NCBI GenBank assembly: GCA_044229975.1
Contig: JBGARZ010000012.1
Location: 256,001 to 320,000, forward strand
Origin: Polyangiales bacterium
GTDB taxonomy: Bacteria; Myxococcota_A; Polyangia; Polyangiales; Ga0077539
DNA: 64,000 nt
Reading direction: 5' to 3'
Shown here one piece after another: positions 19,114-28,797 of this stretch (its first letter is position 1; each line of letters starts with the position of its first letter). The position numbers and the translations under genes are program-made. The notes under the pieces were generated by a model. It was not told where the DNA came from. It did no database searches and saw only the letters and a list, made by a program, of their open reading frames with translations.

Positions 19114-19517
19114 CGGACGATCCTTTCCTGCGCGGGGTCGAAACACAAGATGCGATCGAGCGCGTGTTGCAACGCCACCTCGCCAATCGGCTCCTGAAAC
19201 AGGGTGTTCCACACGTCGTCGGGTACCGCAACGAAGAGCATGCGCCCGGGGTCCTGCTGCGCAAGCAGAGCGCGGTAGAGCACGTGCTGACCCACGGTCT
19301 GTTCCAGTGCCTCTACATCGGAGGGACCGCCGAAGGTCTTGATCTCCACGGCAATGCGCAGAGTGCCCTTCTCCGCTGCGAGCATCCGCTCGGCGCCGAG
19401 GTCGACGTAAAGGTTGCGGCGACCGGACGTCACCCGCAGCGGATCATGCGTCACCGTCCACCCATCGTGGATCAGCGCGTTTTTCAGTGCAGCGTGCAGA
19501 CGGTCTCTTGCGGGCAT
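19083..19517 (-). CDS. xisH: XisH family protein (PD-(D/E)XK-like)
   Basis: MPARD..H..KNAL..DGW.VT.DPL, YVDLGAE, IAVEIKTF and GQ..LYR..L; overlaps xisI. Confidence 0.92.
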   Translation of the reverse strand: MPARDRLHAALKNALIHDGWTVTHDPLRVTSGRRNLYVDLGAERMLAAEKGTLRIAVEIKTFGGPSDVEALEQTVGQHVLYRALLAQQDPGRMLFVAVPDDVWNTLFQEPIGEVALQHALDRILCFDPAQERIVRWMPQPSGAI

Positions 19518-19580
19518 GACTTGTGATCCAGTGCGAGGCTGTCCGTCGCACGCCCACGGCATGCCGGTCAACGCGCCCCC

Positions 19581-20420
19581 TCACCGCGCGCACCGAAACC
19601 CCACGAACGCGCTCCGGTACCCCATCTCGTAGCGCCCGCGCCCCAGCAGCTCGCCCGCCGTCCTGTCGCCGTCCGTCCACCCGTGCCCGCGCACCACGTG
19701 CGCCACCCTCACCGTGTCGTCGGGCCGCAGCACCCGGTCGGCCGTCCACTCCGCGACGTTGCCCGCCACGTCGAGCACCCCGTACGCTGACGCGTCCGCC
19801 GCGAAGCTCCCCACCGGCGCCGTCGCCCCGAAGCCGTCGTCCGCCGTCCGCCACGACCGGTGCTCCGCCCCGTGGCTCGCGAACCACCGCACGCACTCCG
19901 GCCCGCACAGGCTCGCCCGCGCCGCGTCCGCCGTCCGCTCGTCGCCCCATGGGTAGCGCCGCTCGTCGTCGCCCCGCGCCGCGTGCTCCCACTCCGCCTC
20001 CGTCGGCAGCCGCGCCCCGCGCCACCGGCAGTACGCGTCGGCGTTGCGCCAGTCGACGCAGTTCATCGGGTGCGCCTCCCCTCCGGCCCGCCCGAGGTTG
20101 CACGCCGGGTCGAGCGAACGCCGCACCGCCGCCGTCACCCCCGCCCACGCGACGGCGCGCTGGGGCGCGCAACGCCCCGCCGCCACGCAGGCCCGGTACG
20201 CCCGCACCGTCACCTCCGTGCGGTCGATGCAGTACGCCGCGAGCTCCACCTGCCGACGCGGGTTGTCCGGGCCGTGCACGTCGTCGCGCGAGCCGATCCA
20301 CGCCCGCGACGCGGCTAACCCCACCATCCCGTCTGGGCACTCCACCCCGCTCTGCGCCTCGACCGCGCCCGCGCCGAGCACCAGCGCCACCAGCGCCACC
20401 AGCACCACCCACGCCCTCAC
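19581..20420 (-). CDS. Exported FGE/SUMF1-fold (formylglycine-generating enzyme family) protein
   Basis: Signal peptide; IDRTEVT, PMNCVDW, RLPTEAEWEHAARG, GNVAEW and GFRCAR; GTG overlaps the methyltransferase stop. Confidence 0.87.
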   Translation of the reverse strand: MRAWVVLVALVALVLGAGAVEAQSGVECPDGMVGLAASRAWIGSRDDVHGPDNPRRQVELAAYCIDRTEVTVRAYRACVAAGRCAPQRAVAWAGVTAAVRRSLDPACNLGRAGGEAHPMNCVDWRNADAYCRWRGARLPTEAEWEHAARGDDERRYPWGDERTADAARASLCGPECVRWFASHGAEHRSWRTADDGFGATAPVGSFAADASAYGVLDVAGNVAEWTADRVLRPDDTVRVAHVVRGHGWTDGDRTAGELLGRGRYEMGYRSAFVGFRCAR

Positions 20421-22477
20421 GCCACCACCCGCATCCCCGCGGGCGCCGTCATCCCCGCGAGCACCCCCCGCATCGCCTCCAGCCCCGGCCCGTACCCGCT
20501 CCAGTCCACCCCTTCGCCCGCCGCCACCCGCAGCGCCTCGTCGAACCCCCGCTGCCCCGCGTACCCCTCCATCGCCGCGTGCATGTACCGCGACTTCATC
20601 CACAGCGGCTGCGGCTCATACTCGCCCCCGTATGCGTAGTAGCTCACCTGCTGCCGCCGCAGGTCGATCTTCACCCGCTCCACCATCAGCGGAACCGCGC
20701 TCCCCTCGTAGTCGTCGTACCGCATCAGGCTCACCTTCCCGGAGCCGATGTGCAGCTTCACCACGTCGGCGTTTTGCGCCTCGCCGTACAGCTTGCCCGC
20801 GCACCCCACGTAGACCCTCAGCGCCGGCGGCAGCTCGTTGACCAACCTTGCATCCACCTGCAACGACTCGCCCGCCACCAGCGCCCCGATGCCCTGCGCC
20901 GCGGCCGCCTCGCACGCGGCCTCCACCGCCCGCGCGTCGCGCAGCGAAAACAGTAGCCGCTGCCCCGCCTCCGCCGCCTTCGCCTGCGACCCCCAGAACT
21001 CCCGCACATCCCTCGCCGCCCGCGCGCCCAACGCCCCCGCCGACCGCCTCCGCTCGAAGAGGTTCAACGCAAAGAACACCGACAGATCCCCCACGCGCCG
21101 CACCCGCGCCTGCTCCAGCTCTTCCGCGCCGCGCTCCTCCGTCAGACGCCGCAGCACCACTGCCGCCGACGCCACGTCGCGCGTCAGTTCGCCCATCCGC
21201 GCGAACTCCTCCTCGCGCGGAGCCCTCCCGATCGCCACGCACGCCCGCCAGAACTCCTCCACCAGCTCGGCGTGACGCTCCCATCGCGTCGGCGCCTTCG
21301 GCTTCGCCACCCGCGGCGCGCGCGGCTCTCGCGCCGGTCGTTCCACCGCGGGCCGCACCGGCATCGCCCCGAAGCGACCCGACGACCGCTGCCGCTCTTC
21401 GAGGAAGTCCTGCTCGTCCTCGTCGCGACGAAACACGAAGAACAACCCCGGCCCCACCGACACCGGCTCGCGACCGAGCGCCGCCGCGACGTAGTCGCCG
21501 AGCTCTTCGTGGCCGAAGTACTTCTGGAAGGTGCTGCGCGACGTGAGCACCCCATCACCAAACGCCCGGTGCTGCTCGCTCGCCGCGCGCCCGCCGAGAA
21601 TCGCCGACACCGCCAGCACCTTGCGGGCGAGCCCGTACGCGCGGGTGAGCGCCTCGCGCCGCTCGTCGGGGTCTTCGATGACGTTGAGGACGAAGCCCAG
21701 GTTGACCACGTCGGCCTCGGCGCGCGGAGCATCGGGGCGGTAGTACGGGTCCCAACCATCGGCCGTGACGCCGCTCGCCGCGAGCGCCGCGAGGTCGTCG
21801 CCGCGCCCGCAGCCGTAGTCGAAGACGCTCAGCGCCGCCCCGAGGTACCCGTGCCGCCACAGCGCCTGCATCGGCGTCGACAGCGCGCGTCGCGCCATGG
21901 CCGTGCGGTGACGCAACACCTCGGCCGACTCGACGGTCTCCAACGGCACCAGCGAGTGCCCCTCCACCCGCAGCCCCTTCGCCCGAACGATCTCCTCCCA
22001 CTGCCTCCGATGCCCGATCACCAATGGGTTGGCGAAGAGACCATGGCCCTCGGCCGCCGCCGTGAGCGCCGCAAACGCCGCGCGATGCGGGTCGTCGGTC
22101 GGTAGCAGCAGCTCCTTGCGGTGCAGCACCGGGGGATTGCGCGCGAGGTCGTAGGTGCGGTGCTCGCAGCGACGCTCGGCGAGGTCGATGGTCCAGGCGT
22201 CGGAGAGCAGCGGGAAGGGGCGCTCGAAGAAGTCAGGGTACGAGAGCAGCGACAACCGCCGCGCGTCGGGCGCCAGCTTGAGCACGTTGAAGCCCTCAGC
22301 CGGACCACCCACCGCCGCCACCTCTGCGCGCAGGTACGCCAGCGTCTCGTCGGGCACCGCGCTCAGATGCACGTAGCGCGCGCCGCCGACCACCTTGCCC
22401 GCGGTGATGCCACCGACGTGCGACCGCCACCGCCCCAACGCCTCGCCGTCTTCATCGCGGGGATCGGTCGTCGCCAT
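20417..22477 (-). CDS. DNA phosphorothioation-associated putative methyltransferase
   Basis: HRTAMAR..LS.P, VFDYGCGRGDD, GWDPYYRP, ADVVNLGFVLNVIED..ER, DGVLT.R.TFQKY and NPPVLHRKE. Confidence 0.88.
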   Translation of the reverse strand: MATTDPRDEDGEALGRWRSHVGGITAGKVVGGARYVHLSAVPDETLAYLRAEVAAVGGPAEGFNVLKLAPDARRLSLLSYPDFFERPFPLLSDAWTIDLAERRCEHRTYDLARNPPVLHRKELLLPTDDPHRAAFAALTAAAEGHGLFANPLVIGHRRQWEEIVRAKGLRVEGHSLVPLETVESAEVLRHRTAMARRALSTPMQALWRHGYLGAALSVFDYGCGRGDDLAALAASGVTADGWDPYYRPDAPRAEADVVNLGFVLNVIEDPDERREALTRAYGLARKVLAVSAILGGRAASEQHRAFGDGVLTSRSTFQKYFGHEELGDYVAAALGREPVSVGPGLFFVFRRDEDEQDFLEERQRSSGRFGAMPVRPAVERPAREPRAPRVAKPKAPTRWERHAELVEEFWRACVAIGRAPREEEFARMGELTRDVASAAVVLRRLTEERGAEELEQARVRRVGDLSVFFALNLFERRRSAGALGARAARDVREFWGSQAKAAEAGQRLLFSLRDARAVEAACEAAAAQGIGALVAGESLQVDARLVNELPPALRVYVGCAGKLYGEAQNADVVKLHIGSGKVSLMRYDDYEGSAVPLMVERVKIDLRRQQVSYYAYGGEYEPQPLWMKSRYMHAAMEGYAGQRGFDEALRVAAGEGVDWSGYGPGLEAMRGVLAGMTAPAGMRVVA

Positions 22478-22569
22478 GGCTTCCGCGGTCGATGGTACTT
22501 GAAGCCTACCGGGTCGATCTGGCGCCTTGACGCGACCTCTCCGCTCACCCTTCCATGCCGACACTCCTG

Positions 22570-24690
22570 ATGCGCTCCCACCGCGCGATGCGCCTCGCCT
22601 GGACCGTCGTTCTTGCCCTGCTCGCGGGTGTCTCGGCGTCGCGTCCCTTCCGCGAGACGGACGTCTTCTGGCACCTCTCCCTCGGCCGCGCGGTGCTCCG
22701 CCACGGCGCCCGCGTCGTCCCCGAACCCCACGCCTTCCCCGCCTACGGTCGCCCCTGCACCGCCCAGGAGTGGCTCTGGGACGTCGCCACCTTCGCCCTC
22801 CACCGCGCCCTCGGCTGGACCGCCCTCGTCTGGCTCATCATCGCCCTCGCCGTCGCTACCGCAGTGCTCGTCGCGCGCGCCCTCTCCGCCGGTCGCGACG
22901 ACCCCCACCCCGGCGCCTTTGCCCTCGTCTCCGCGCTCGCCATGGTCGGCGCCCGCAACGCCCTCCACGAGCGCCCCGAGTGCGCCTCGATGGTGCTGCT
23001 CCCGGCGTTCATGCTCGTCGCCCGCGCGTACGCCGACGCACCCGCGCGCCGCCTGCGCCTCGGCGCCGCCCTCGTCGCGCTCGAACTCCTCTGGGCGCAG
23101 GTGCACCCCACCTTCGTCCTCGCGCCCGCCGTCTTCGTCCTCACCGTGCTCTTCGGGCGACCCATCGATCGCGCCTCCCTCCGCGACCACGGCCTCGTCG
23201 CCGCCGCGCTCGTCGTCGGCCTCGCCAGCAGCGCGTTCGGGCTCCGCGTCGTTCACAACGTGCTCGCCCACGCGGGCGGCGATGCCGCGCAGCACATCAC
23301 CGACATGGCCGCGCCGACGTGGGCGTTCTTCCACCCGCTGCGCATGGAACCGGGCGCCCTCTTCGCCGCGCTGCTCTCGCTCGGCGTCGCGGGGATGCTC
23401 GTCACCCGGCGTGTCCCGTGGCGCGAGCTCTCCCTCGCCGCCTTGGGAACCGCCCTCGTCGCCACCGCCGTCCGCGGCGTCGCGCCCGCCAGTGTCCTCG
23501 CTGCGCCCTTCGCGCTCGATGGTGCGCTCGCTCTCTTCGCGCTGGCGTCGTCGCGTGTGCAGGCGGCGCTCATCCCCGTCGCCCTCGCCGCGGCCGGTGC
23601 GCTGCTCTTCCACGATGCCAGGCCGTCGCTGCCGTTCTTCCCGCCGTCGGCCGCTACGGCGCTCGCACCCGGCTGGTATCCGCGCGCCGCGGCCGCGTGG
23701 CTGCGCCGCGTCCCGCCCGGGACCCGGGTGTTCACCACCTACGCGTCGGGAGCGCCGCTCGGCTTCTGGCTCGACGGGCGCGTCCACACCTTCGTCGACT
23801 CCCGAACGCCGCTCTACTTCGACGACGCCGAGTACGGCCTCGCCCGCGCCGCGTGGTTTCAATCCGGCGCCCTCGCGCGCACCGTCGATCGCTACGCCAC
23901 GCCCGTCGCCGTGGTCGAGCGCGACGCCGCGGTGTGCGAGCTGCTGCGCGCCGACGCACGGTGGTACCCGGTGGTCGTCGACGCCCGCACCACCACCTTC
24001 GTGCGCCGCGAAACGCCCCTCGACGCCACGCCTGTCACCCGCATGGCGGCGTGCGGCGCCGACTACCTCGCGCCCGACGCCTGCGCTGACGGTGGCGTGG
24101 TGCTGAGCAACGAGATCGCCGCCATCGCTCGTGACGCCGACGCTGCCTTCGTGCGCTACCTCCGCGCCGAGCGCGCGGTGCGATGCCGCATTGCTGGGGT
24201 GACGGTCGCGGCCGTGCGGGCGATGGTTCCGTCGGCGGAGGAGGCGGCGGTGTTTGCGGTGCAGCGCGACACGCTCATGGCGAAGGTGCTGGTCGCCGAA
24301 GGGCGCCTCGACGAGGCCTACGAGCTGGCCGTCGACATGGTGCGCCGCGGCGACGCGCTCGCATATCACACGGTGCTGGCACCGCTTGCCGCGCGACGCG
24401 ATCAGACGCGACTACGTGGGCTGCTCGAACCGGTGGCGCGCACCCTGGGCGACGACACGCCGGGGGATGTCAGGGCGCTGCTGGCGCAGCTCTGCGTCGC
24501 ACGTCGCGACGTCGAGGGGGCCCGCTTCCACGCGCTGCGGGCGGCGGCGATGGGGTCGGCGTCGGCGGTTCCGACGCTGTGCTGGTTGCGGGCGCGTCAC
24601 CCGGATGCGGCGGCGCGTGCCGACGCCGACGCGTGGCTCGCGACGATGCAGCGGGAGCGACCGGATCTCACCTGTCCTGCGCGGCGGTGA
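22570..24690 (+). CDS. Multi-pass membrane protein, GT-C-like, with C-terminal helical/TPR-like domain
   Basis: DVFWHLSLGR, EWLW, ERP, LWAQVH and FVDSR motifs; many hydrophobic helices. Confidence 0.7.
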   Translation: MRSHRAMRLAWTVVLALLAGVSASRPFRETDVFWHLSLGRAVLRHGARVVPEPHAFPAYGRPCTAQEWLWDVATFALHRALGWTALVWLIIALAVATAVLVARALSAGRDDPHPGAFALVSALAMVGARNALHERPECASMVLLPAFMLVARAYADAPARRLRLGAALVALELLWAQVHPTFVLAPAVFVLTVLFGRPIDRASLRDHGLVAAALVVGLASSAFGLRVVHNVLAHAGGDAAQHITDMAAPTWAFFHPLRMEPGALFAALLSLGVAGMLVTRRVPWRELSLAALGTALVATAVRGVAPASVLAAPFALDGALALFALASSRVQAALIPVALAAAGALLFHDARPSLPFFPPSAATALAPGWYPRAAAAWLRRVPPGTRVFTTYASGAPLGFWLDGRVHTFVDSRTPLYFDDAEYGLARAAWFQSGALARTVDRYATPVAVVERDAAVCELLRADARWYPVVVDARTTTFVRRETPLDATPVTRMAACGADYLAPDACADGGVVLSNEIAAIARDADAAFVRYLRAERAVRCRIAGVTVAAVRAMVPSAEEAAVFAVQRDTLMAKVLVAEGRLDEAYELAVDMVRRGDALAYHTVLAPLAARRDQTRLRGLLEPVARTLGDDTPGDVRALLAQLCVARRDVEGARFHALRAAAMGSASAVPTLCWLRARHPDAAARADADAWLATMQRERPDLTCPARR

Positions 24691-24695
24691 GGCCG

Positions 24696-25655
24696 TCAGC
24701 CGAGCAGCTCGTCCGCCGACGCTGCCGTGAAGAGCCGCTCCGACCACGTCGTCAGCCGATCGACGTCCGACTCCGTGGCGACGAGTGCTGCCTGCTCTTC
24801 GGTGAGCGCGATGCCCCGCAATCGGCACCCCTCCAGGAGGTTGCGCGCCGTCACCACCTGCATCCGCGCGAGCTGGTCGACCACGTCCGAGCGCTGTCGC
24901 TCCGCTTCCGAGCGCTGCCGCTCCGCTTCCGAGCGCTGCCGCTCCGCCTCGTCGAGCGCTCCCTGTCGTTCGTCTGCGAGGGATTGCAGGCGGGCCACGA
25001 GCTCGCTTTCACTCGGCACCATGGACTGGTTGACGAAGAACCGCAGCCGCAGTTGCACGATCGCGAGATCGAGCCCGAGCACATTCGATCGCAGATACCC
25101 GCCCTGCGGAACAATCGGTTGATAGGTGCGGGTCCCGGGAGGCAGGCGCCATCCACGGAGGACGCCGCGCCGACAGTCGAAGCTGAAGTATTCGGGGATG
25201 CCCACGCGGGCGTAGTCGCGGACGTTCTCCACGACGTCCTTGTGCTTGCGCCCGAGGTTGCGCACCTCGACCACGAAGTCGACGCCGCGCTTCTCGTTCT
25301 GGACGATCCAGCTCTCGGGCTCGTAGTCCGGGTCGCAGTCGAGCACCGCCATCACGTCGGGCACGATGACCGCCTCGCCCGGATAGAACACCCCGAGCTC
25401 ACTGGCGAGCAGCACCCCGCGTCCCAGCCGACGGAAGTGAGCGTCGAGGTCGGCGGCAATACCCATCTTGCGCTTGGAGTGCTTCACGCCCTCGGTCATC
25501 GCCTCGCGGTACTCGTCGAGCACGGCCTCGATGCGCTCCACCACGGCGTCGCGCTCGCTCGGCGACAACCGACCCCAGGTCTCCTCGTCCGGGAACACGA
25601 TGCGCGGGTCGTCCCACACCCGAGGCGTCGCCGTGCGCTGTGATCCGAAGGTCAT
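24696..25655 (-). CDS. Uma2 family endonuclease with coiled-coil tail
   Basis: VPDVMAV, DFVVEV, DYARVGIPEYF and EAERQRS x3. Confidence 0.85.
   Translation of the reverse strand: MTFGSQRTATPRVWDDPRIVFPDEETWGRLSPSERDAVVERIEAVLDEYREAMTEGVKHSKRKMGIAADLDAHFRRLGRGVLLASELGVFYPGEAVIVPDVMAVLDCDPDYEPESWIVQNEKRGVDFVVEVRNLGRKHKDVVENVRDYARVGIPEYFSFDCRRGVLRGWRLPPGTRTYQPIVPQGGYLRSNVLGLDLAIVQLRLRFFVNQSMVPSESELVARLQSLADERQGALDEAERQRSEAERQRSEAERQRSDVVDQLARMQVVTARNLLEGCRLRGIALTEEQAALVATESDVDRLTTWSERLFTAASADELLG
24886..24948. repeat. 3 x 21-bp coding tandem repeat (EAERQRS)
   Basis: TCCGAGCGCTGYCGCTCCGCY repeated three times. Confidence 0.9.
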
Positions 25656-25722
25656 GGTCGGTCCATGGTACCGCCGCGGGACGCTCGTTCGCCATCGGTC
25701 ATCGACGTGATACGAGCGCGCG

Positions 25723-27084
25723 GTGCATCGACCACGGCGCCCTCTCTCCGTCGCCCTCCTCTTCGGCAGCATCGTTGTCGGTTGCGTGGACGACCCACCC
25801 ACGACCGACGCTGCGCTTCAAGACGACGCCGCAGACGTAGCCCCGCTGGACGTCACGCGTAGCGATGTCTCCGTCGTCGATGTCTCCGTCGTCGACGTCC
25901 CCGTCGTCGACGTCCCTGCCCTCGACACACCCTCTCCGCACGACGTCGCGTTTGCGCCCGATGCCTCCATCGACATTGGCGTCGCGCCCGCGCTCGATGT
26001 CCCCGTCGACATCCCCATCGATGCCCCCGACGCGCCCACTCTCGACCGCCCCGACGCCCCCGCAGTCGACGTCCCCATCGACATCCCCATCGACGCCCCG
26101 CGCCCCGACCCGCTCGCCACGCTCGGTGAGTGTCTCGGCTCCTCCGCCCCGCTCACCATCTCGCGCCAGATGCCCTTCGTGTCGGTCCCCATTGGTGGGC
26201 TCCGTGGTGAGTTCGTCCTCGACCACGGAACCACCTTCTCCAGCATCGACCTCGCCGCCTTCCCCTCGCCCGGCCCCGCCACCTCGGGCTGCGACCCCAC
26301 GCGCCTCGGCGTCACCTGCACCGTCGACGCCTTCTCCTTCTTCGCCCCCGCCTCGCCCGTGCGCCTCGTCACGGCCGACTTCCGCGCCGTCGCCGCCTCC
26401 GTCCGCCAGGCCGGCATCGTCGGAACCGACTTCACCAGCCTCCGCGTCGTCGCCCTCTCCTACGCCACCGCGCGCCTCTTCGTCAGCAACACCACACCCC
26501 GCTGCACCGACGCGGCGTGGCGCTCGGCCGGCTTCGTCGCGCTCTCCTCCGCGGGCTTCTTCAGCGACGACCTCTCCACCCTCAACCCCATGACCACCGT
26601 CGACTCCAGCGCCGCGCCCGCCGCGCGCGTCCCCAACGTGCCGACGGTCACCGTGCGCCTCGCAGACACCACCGCCGTCGCCCAGCTCGACACCGGCTTC
26701 GACGATGCGCTCGTCCCCTTCTCGGTCAACGTCAATGACGCCTTCTACCGCGCCATCATCGCGCGTGACCCCGGCGCCCTCGTGCGCGACGCCGCCCACG
26801 ACCTCGCGCTCACCACCTGCGTCGTCGGCCTGAGCGAGTCCGTCGACGCGTACTCCATCGGTGCAGGCCGCGCGCTGGAGTTCGTCGACGACCGCGGCGC
26901 CGTCGCGAGGCGCTACCCCGGAGCGACCATCTTCGTGAAGCGCACCCCCACCGCCGCTCGCACCTGCGGCGGCATCGGAACCTGGACCGCTCCCGCCGCC
27001 CAGATCGCGGGGTCGTTCTTCGTGGACTTCGGGGCGGTGGTGTTCGACCCGTTCAGCGCGCGCGTGTGGGTGCAGCCGCGGTGA
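25723..27084 (+). CDS. Lipoprotein with PD/VD-repeat stalk and putative two-lobed aspartic-protease fold
   Basis: VVGC lipobox; FVLDHGT, GIVGTDF, AQLDTG and IAGSFF..VVFD motifs. Confidence 0.65.
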   Translation: MHRPRRPLSVALLFGSIVVGCVDDPPTTDAALQDDAADVAPLDVTRSDVSVVDVSVVDVPVVDVPALDTPSPHDVAFAPDASIDIGVAPALDVPVDIPIDAPDAPTLDRPDAPAVDVPIDIPIDAPRPDPLATLGECLGSSAPLTISRQMPFVSVPIGGLRGEFVLDHGTTFSSIDLAAFPSPGPATSGCDPTRLGVTCTVDAFSFFAPASPVRLVTADFRAVAASVRQAGIVGTDFTSLRVVALSYATARLFVSNTTPRCTDAAWRSAGFVALSSAGFFSDDLSTLNPMTTVDSSAAPAARVPNVPTVTVRLADTTAVAQLDTGFDDALVPFSVNVNDAFYRAIIARDPGALVRDAAHDLALTTCVVGLSESVDAYSIGAGRALEFVDDRGAVARRYPGATIFVKRTPTAARTCGGIGTWTAPAAQIAGSFFVDFGAVVFDPFSARVWVQPR

Positions 27085-27847
27085 TCGGACGCTTCGGCGC
27101 GACGGCCTCGTGGCTCTCGGTCACCCGCCGCGCGAGCTCCTTCCACGACACCTTCGCGCCGTCGACGCGCATCGCGAGCCATCCCTTCGCGCCGATGTAC
27201 GGCGGCAGGTAGTAGCGCTTCGGGTGAGCCTCCACGAGCTCCGCGGCCTCGTCCCGATCCGCGCGGAAGCACACCGCCACGATGCCGTCGCGGTGCACGT
27301 TGTCGTAGAAGTACGCGTAGGGCTTCTTGCCGACGCGAAACGCCGTCTGCCACGACGAGGTCTCGGTCACCGACCCGGGCAGCGCCTCGCAGATCGCCGT
27401 GATCCGCGCGAGCGCATCGCGCACCACTTCGGGATCGGTCGTCGGGTACACCACTGCCTTCGGTGGGGGCTTGGGCTTCGCGGCCACGAGGCTCTTCGGA
27501 CACACCGAGCGCCACGCCTCCTCGACGATGATCGCGAGCGCCTCGAAGTCCGTCGTCGGCCGCTCCAACCGAACGCCCACCCACCCCTTCACGCCCACGT
27601 ACGGCGGGACGAAGTACACGTCGGGATCAGCCTTCGTGAGACGCCGCTGCTCGTCGAGCGTCGACTTGCACCACACCGCCACGCGCCCATCACCGTGATG
27701 GTCGTTGGCGAAGGTCACGAACCCCTTGCCCTTCACATGGAAGAACGGAGCGCCGTGGGAGAGCTTCTCTTCGGTCCCGGCGAAGTCGAAACAGATCTGT
27801 CGAACGCGGGTGAGCAGAGCCTCGGTCGGGTCGGTCGGTTTCGCCAC
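27053..27847 (-). CDS. Tandem double MmcQ/YjbR-domain protein
   Basis: Two repeats of (R/A)IC..(F/L).G..E ... Y..PPY.G.KGW. Confidence 0.82.
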   Translation of the reverse strand: MAKPTDPTEALLTRVRQICFDFAGTEEKLSHGAPFFHVKGKGFVTFANDHHGDGRVAVWCKSTLDEQRRLTKADPDVYFVPPYVGVKGWVGVRLERPTTDFEALAIIVEEAWRSVCPKSLVAAKPKPPPKAVVYPTTDPEVVRDALARITAICEALPGSVTETSSWQTAFRVGKKPYAYFYDNVHRDGIVAVCFRADRDEAAELVEAHPKRYYLPPYIGAKGWLAMRVDGAKVSWKELARRVTESHEAVAPKRPITAAAPTRAR

Positions 27848-27873
27848 GCGCGGACTCTATCGCAGCACCCTTC

Positions 27874-28797
27874 TCATGTCGGCGCCCCCGCGAGCCGCAG
27901 CCTCCCCGGCTGCACGGTGAACGTCACCGGCGCCCTCCCCGGCGCCTCGCCGTCGAGGTCGAGCCACGCCGTGTGTTCGATCACCTCGACCCTCACCTCC
28001 GTGACCTTCGCGATCAGCGCGCCAGGGACGCGGCCGTGCGTCCCTCGGTACAGGTGGTGCCCGTGGGTGAGCGCGTGCGTGAGCCCGAGGTGCGGCATCA
28101 CCACCAGGTCAAGGGCGCCGTCGTCGAGCAGCGCGTCGGGGCAGAAGCGCATCCCGCCACCCGCATAGCGCCCATTGCCCACCACCACGAAGGAGATGGC
28201 GTGCACCCCGAGGTCGCGGCCGTCCGCCGTGATGCGCACGCGCGCCGGGTCGTAGCGGAGCATCGCCTGGATGGTTCCGACCGCGAAGGAGACGCCGCCG
28301 CCGAAGCGCTTGCCCGACGCGTTGACGAGGCGGTCCACGAGGCCCGTCACGCCGCACGACGCGAGGTTGATGAACCACCGCGTCGCGAGGCTCTCGTCGT
28401 CGCAGGTGTACTCCGCGTGGCCAACATCGATGGCCCGCGTCTCGCGCTCGCGCAACGCACGCAACGCCTCGCCGAGCGTCGCGACGCCGATGGTGCGTCG
28501 CAGGTCGCTGCCTGTGCCCGCGGGCAACACACCGAACGCCACGCCTGCGCCGTCGGGGTGCCCCATGAGACCGTTGACCACCTCGTGGTGGGTGCCGTCG
28601 CCGCCCAGTGAGAGCACCCGCTCGGCGCCTCCGTCCACGGCGTCGTGGGCGAGGGCTTGAGCCTCACTGGAGCGCGTCGTCTCGACGTACTCGAAGGCGC
28701 CGAGCGCCTCGCGGATGGTGCGACGGATGGCATCACGATCGCGGCCCACCCGCCCAGCGCCCGCGGTCGGGTTGGCGATGACGACGGTGCGGCTCAC
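27874..28797 (-). CDS. Diacylglycerol kinase family lipid kinase
   Basis: ANPTAG, GGDGT..EVVNG, PAGTGSD, GNGRYAGGG and DLDGE. Confidence 0.92.
   Translation of the reverse strand: MSRTVVIANPTAGAGRVGRDRDAIRRTIREALGAFEYVETTRSSEAQALAHDAVDGGAERVLSLGGDGTHHEVVNGLMGHPDGAGVAFGVLPAGTGSDLRRTIGVATLGEALRALRERETRAIDVGHAEYTCDDESLATRWFINLASCGVTGLVDRLVNASGKRFGGGVSFAVGTIQAMLRYDPARVRITADGRDLGVHAISFVVVGNGRYAGGGMRFCPDALLDDGALDLVVMPHLGLTHALTHGHHLYRGTHGRVPGALIAKVTEVRVEVIEHTAWLDLDGEAPGRAPVTFTVQPGRLRLAGAPT

Noticed and set aside
9814..22477. Prophage or integrative element boundaries; sspA gene
   Set aside because: No integrase, tRNA, att-like repeat or phage genes were seen. No cysteine desulfurase is in the window; a host IscS-type enzyme could substitute, but this is untested.
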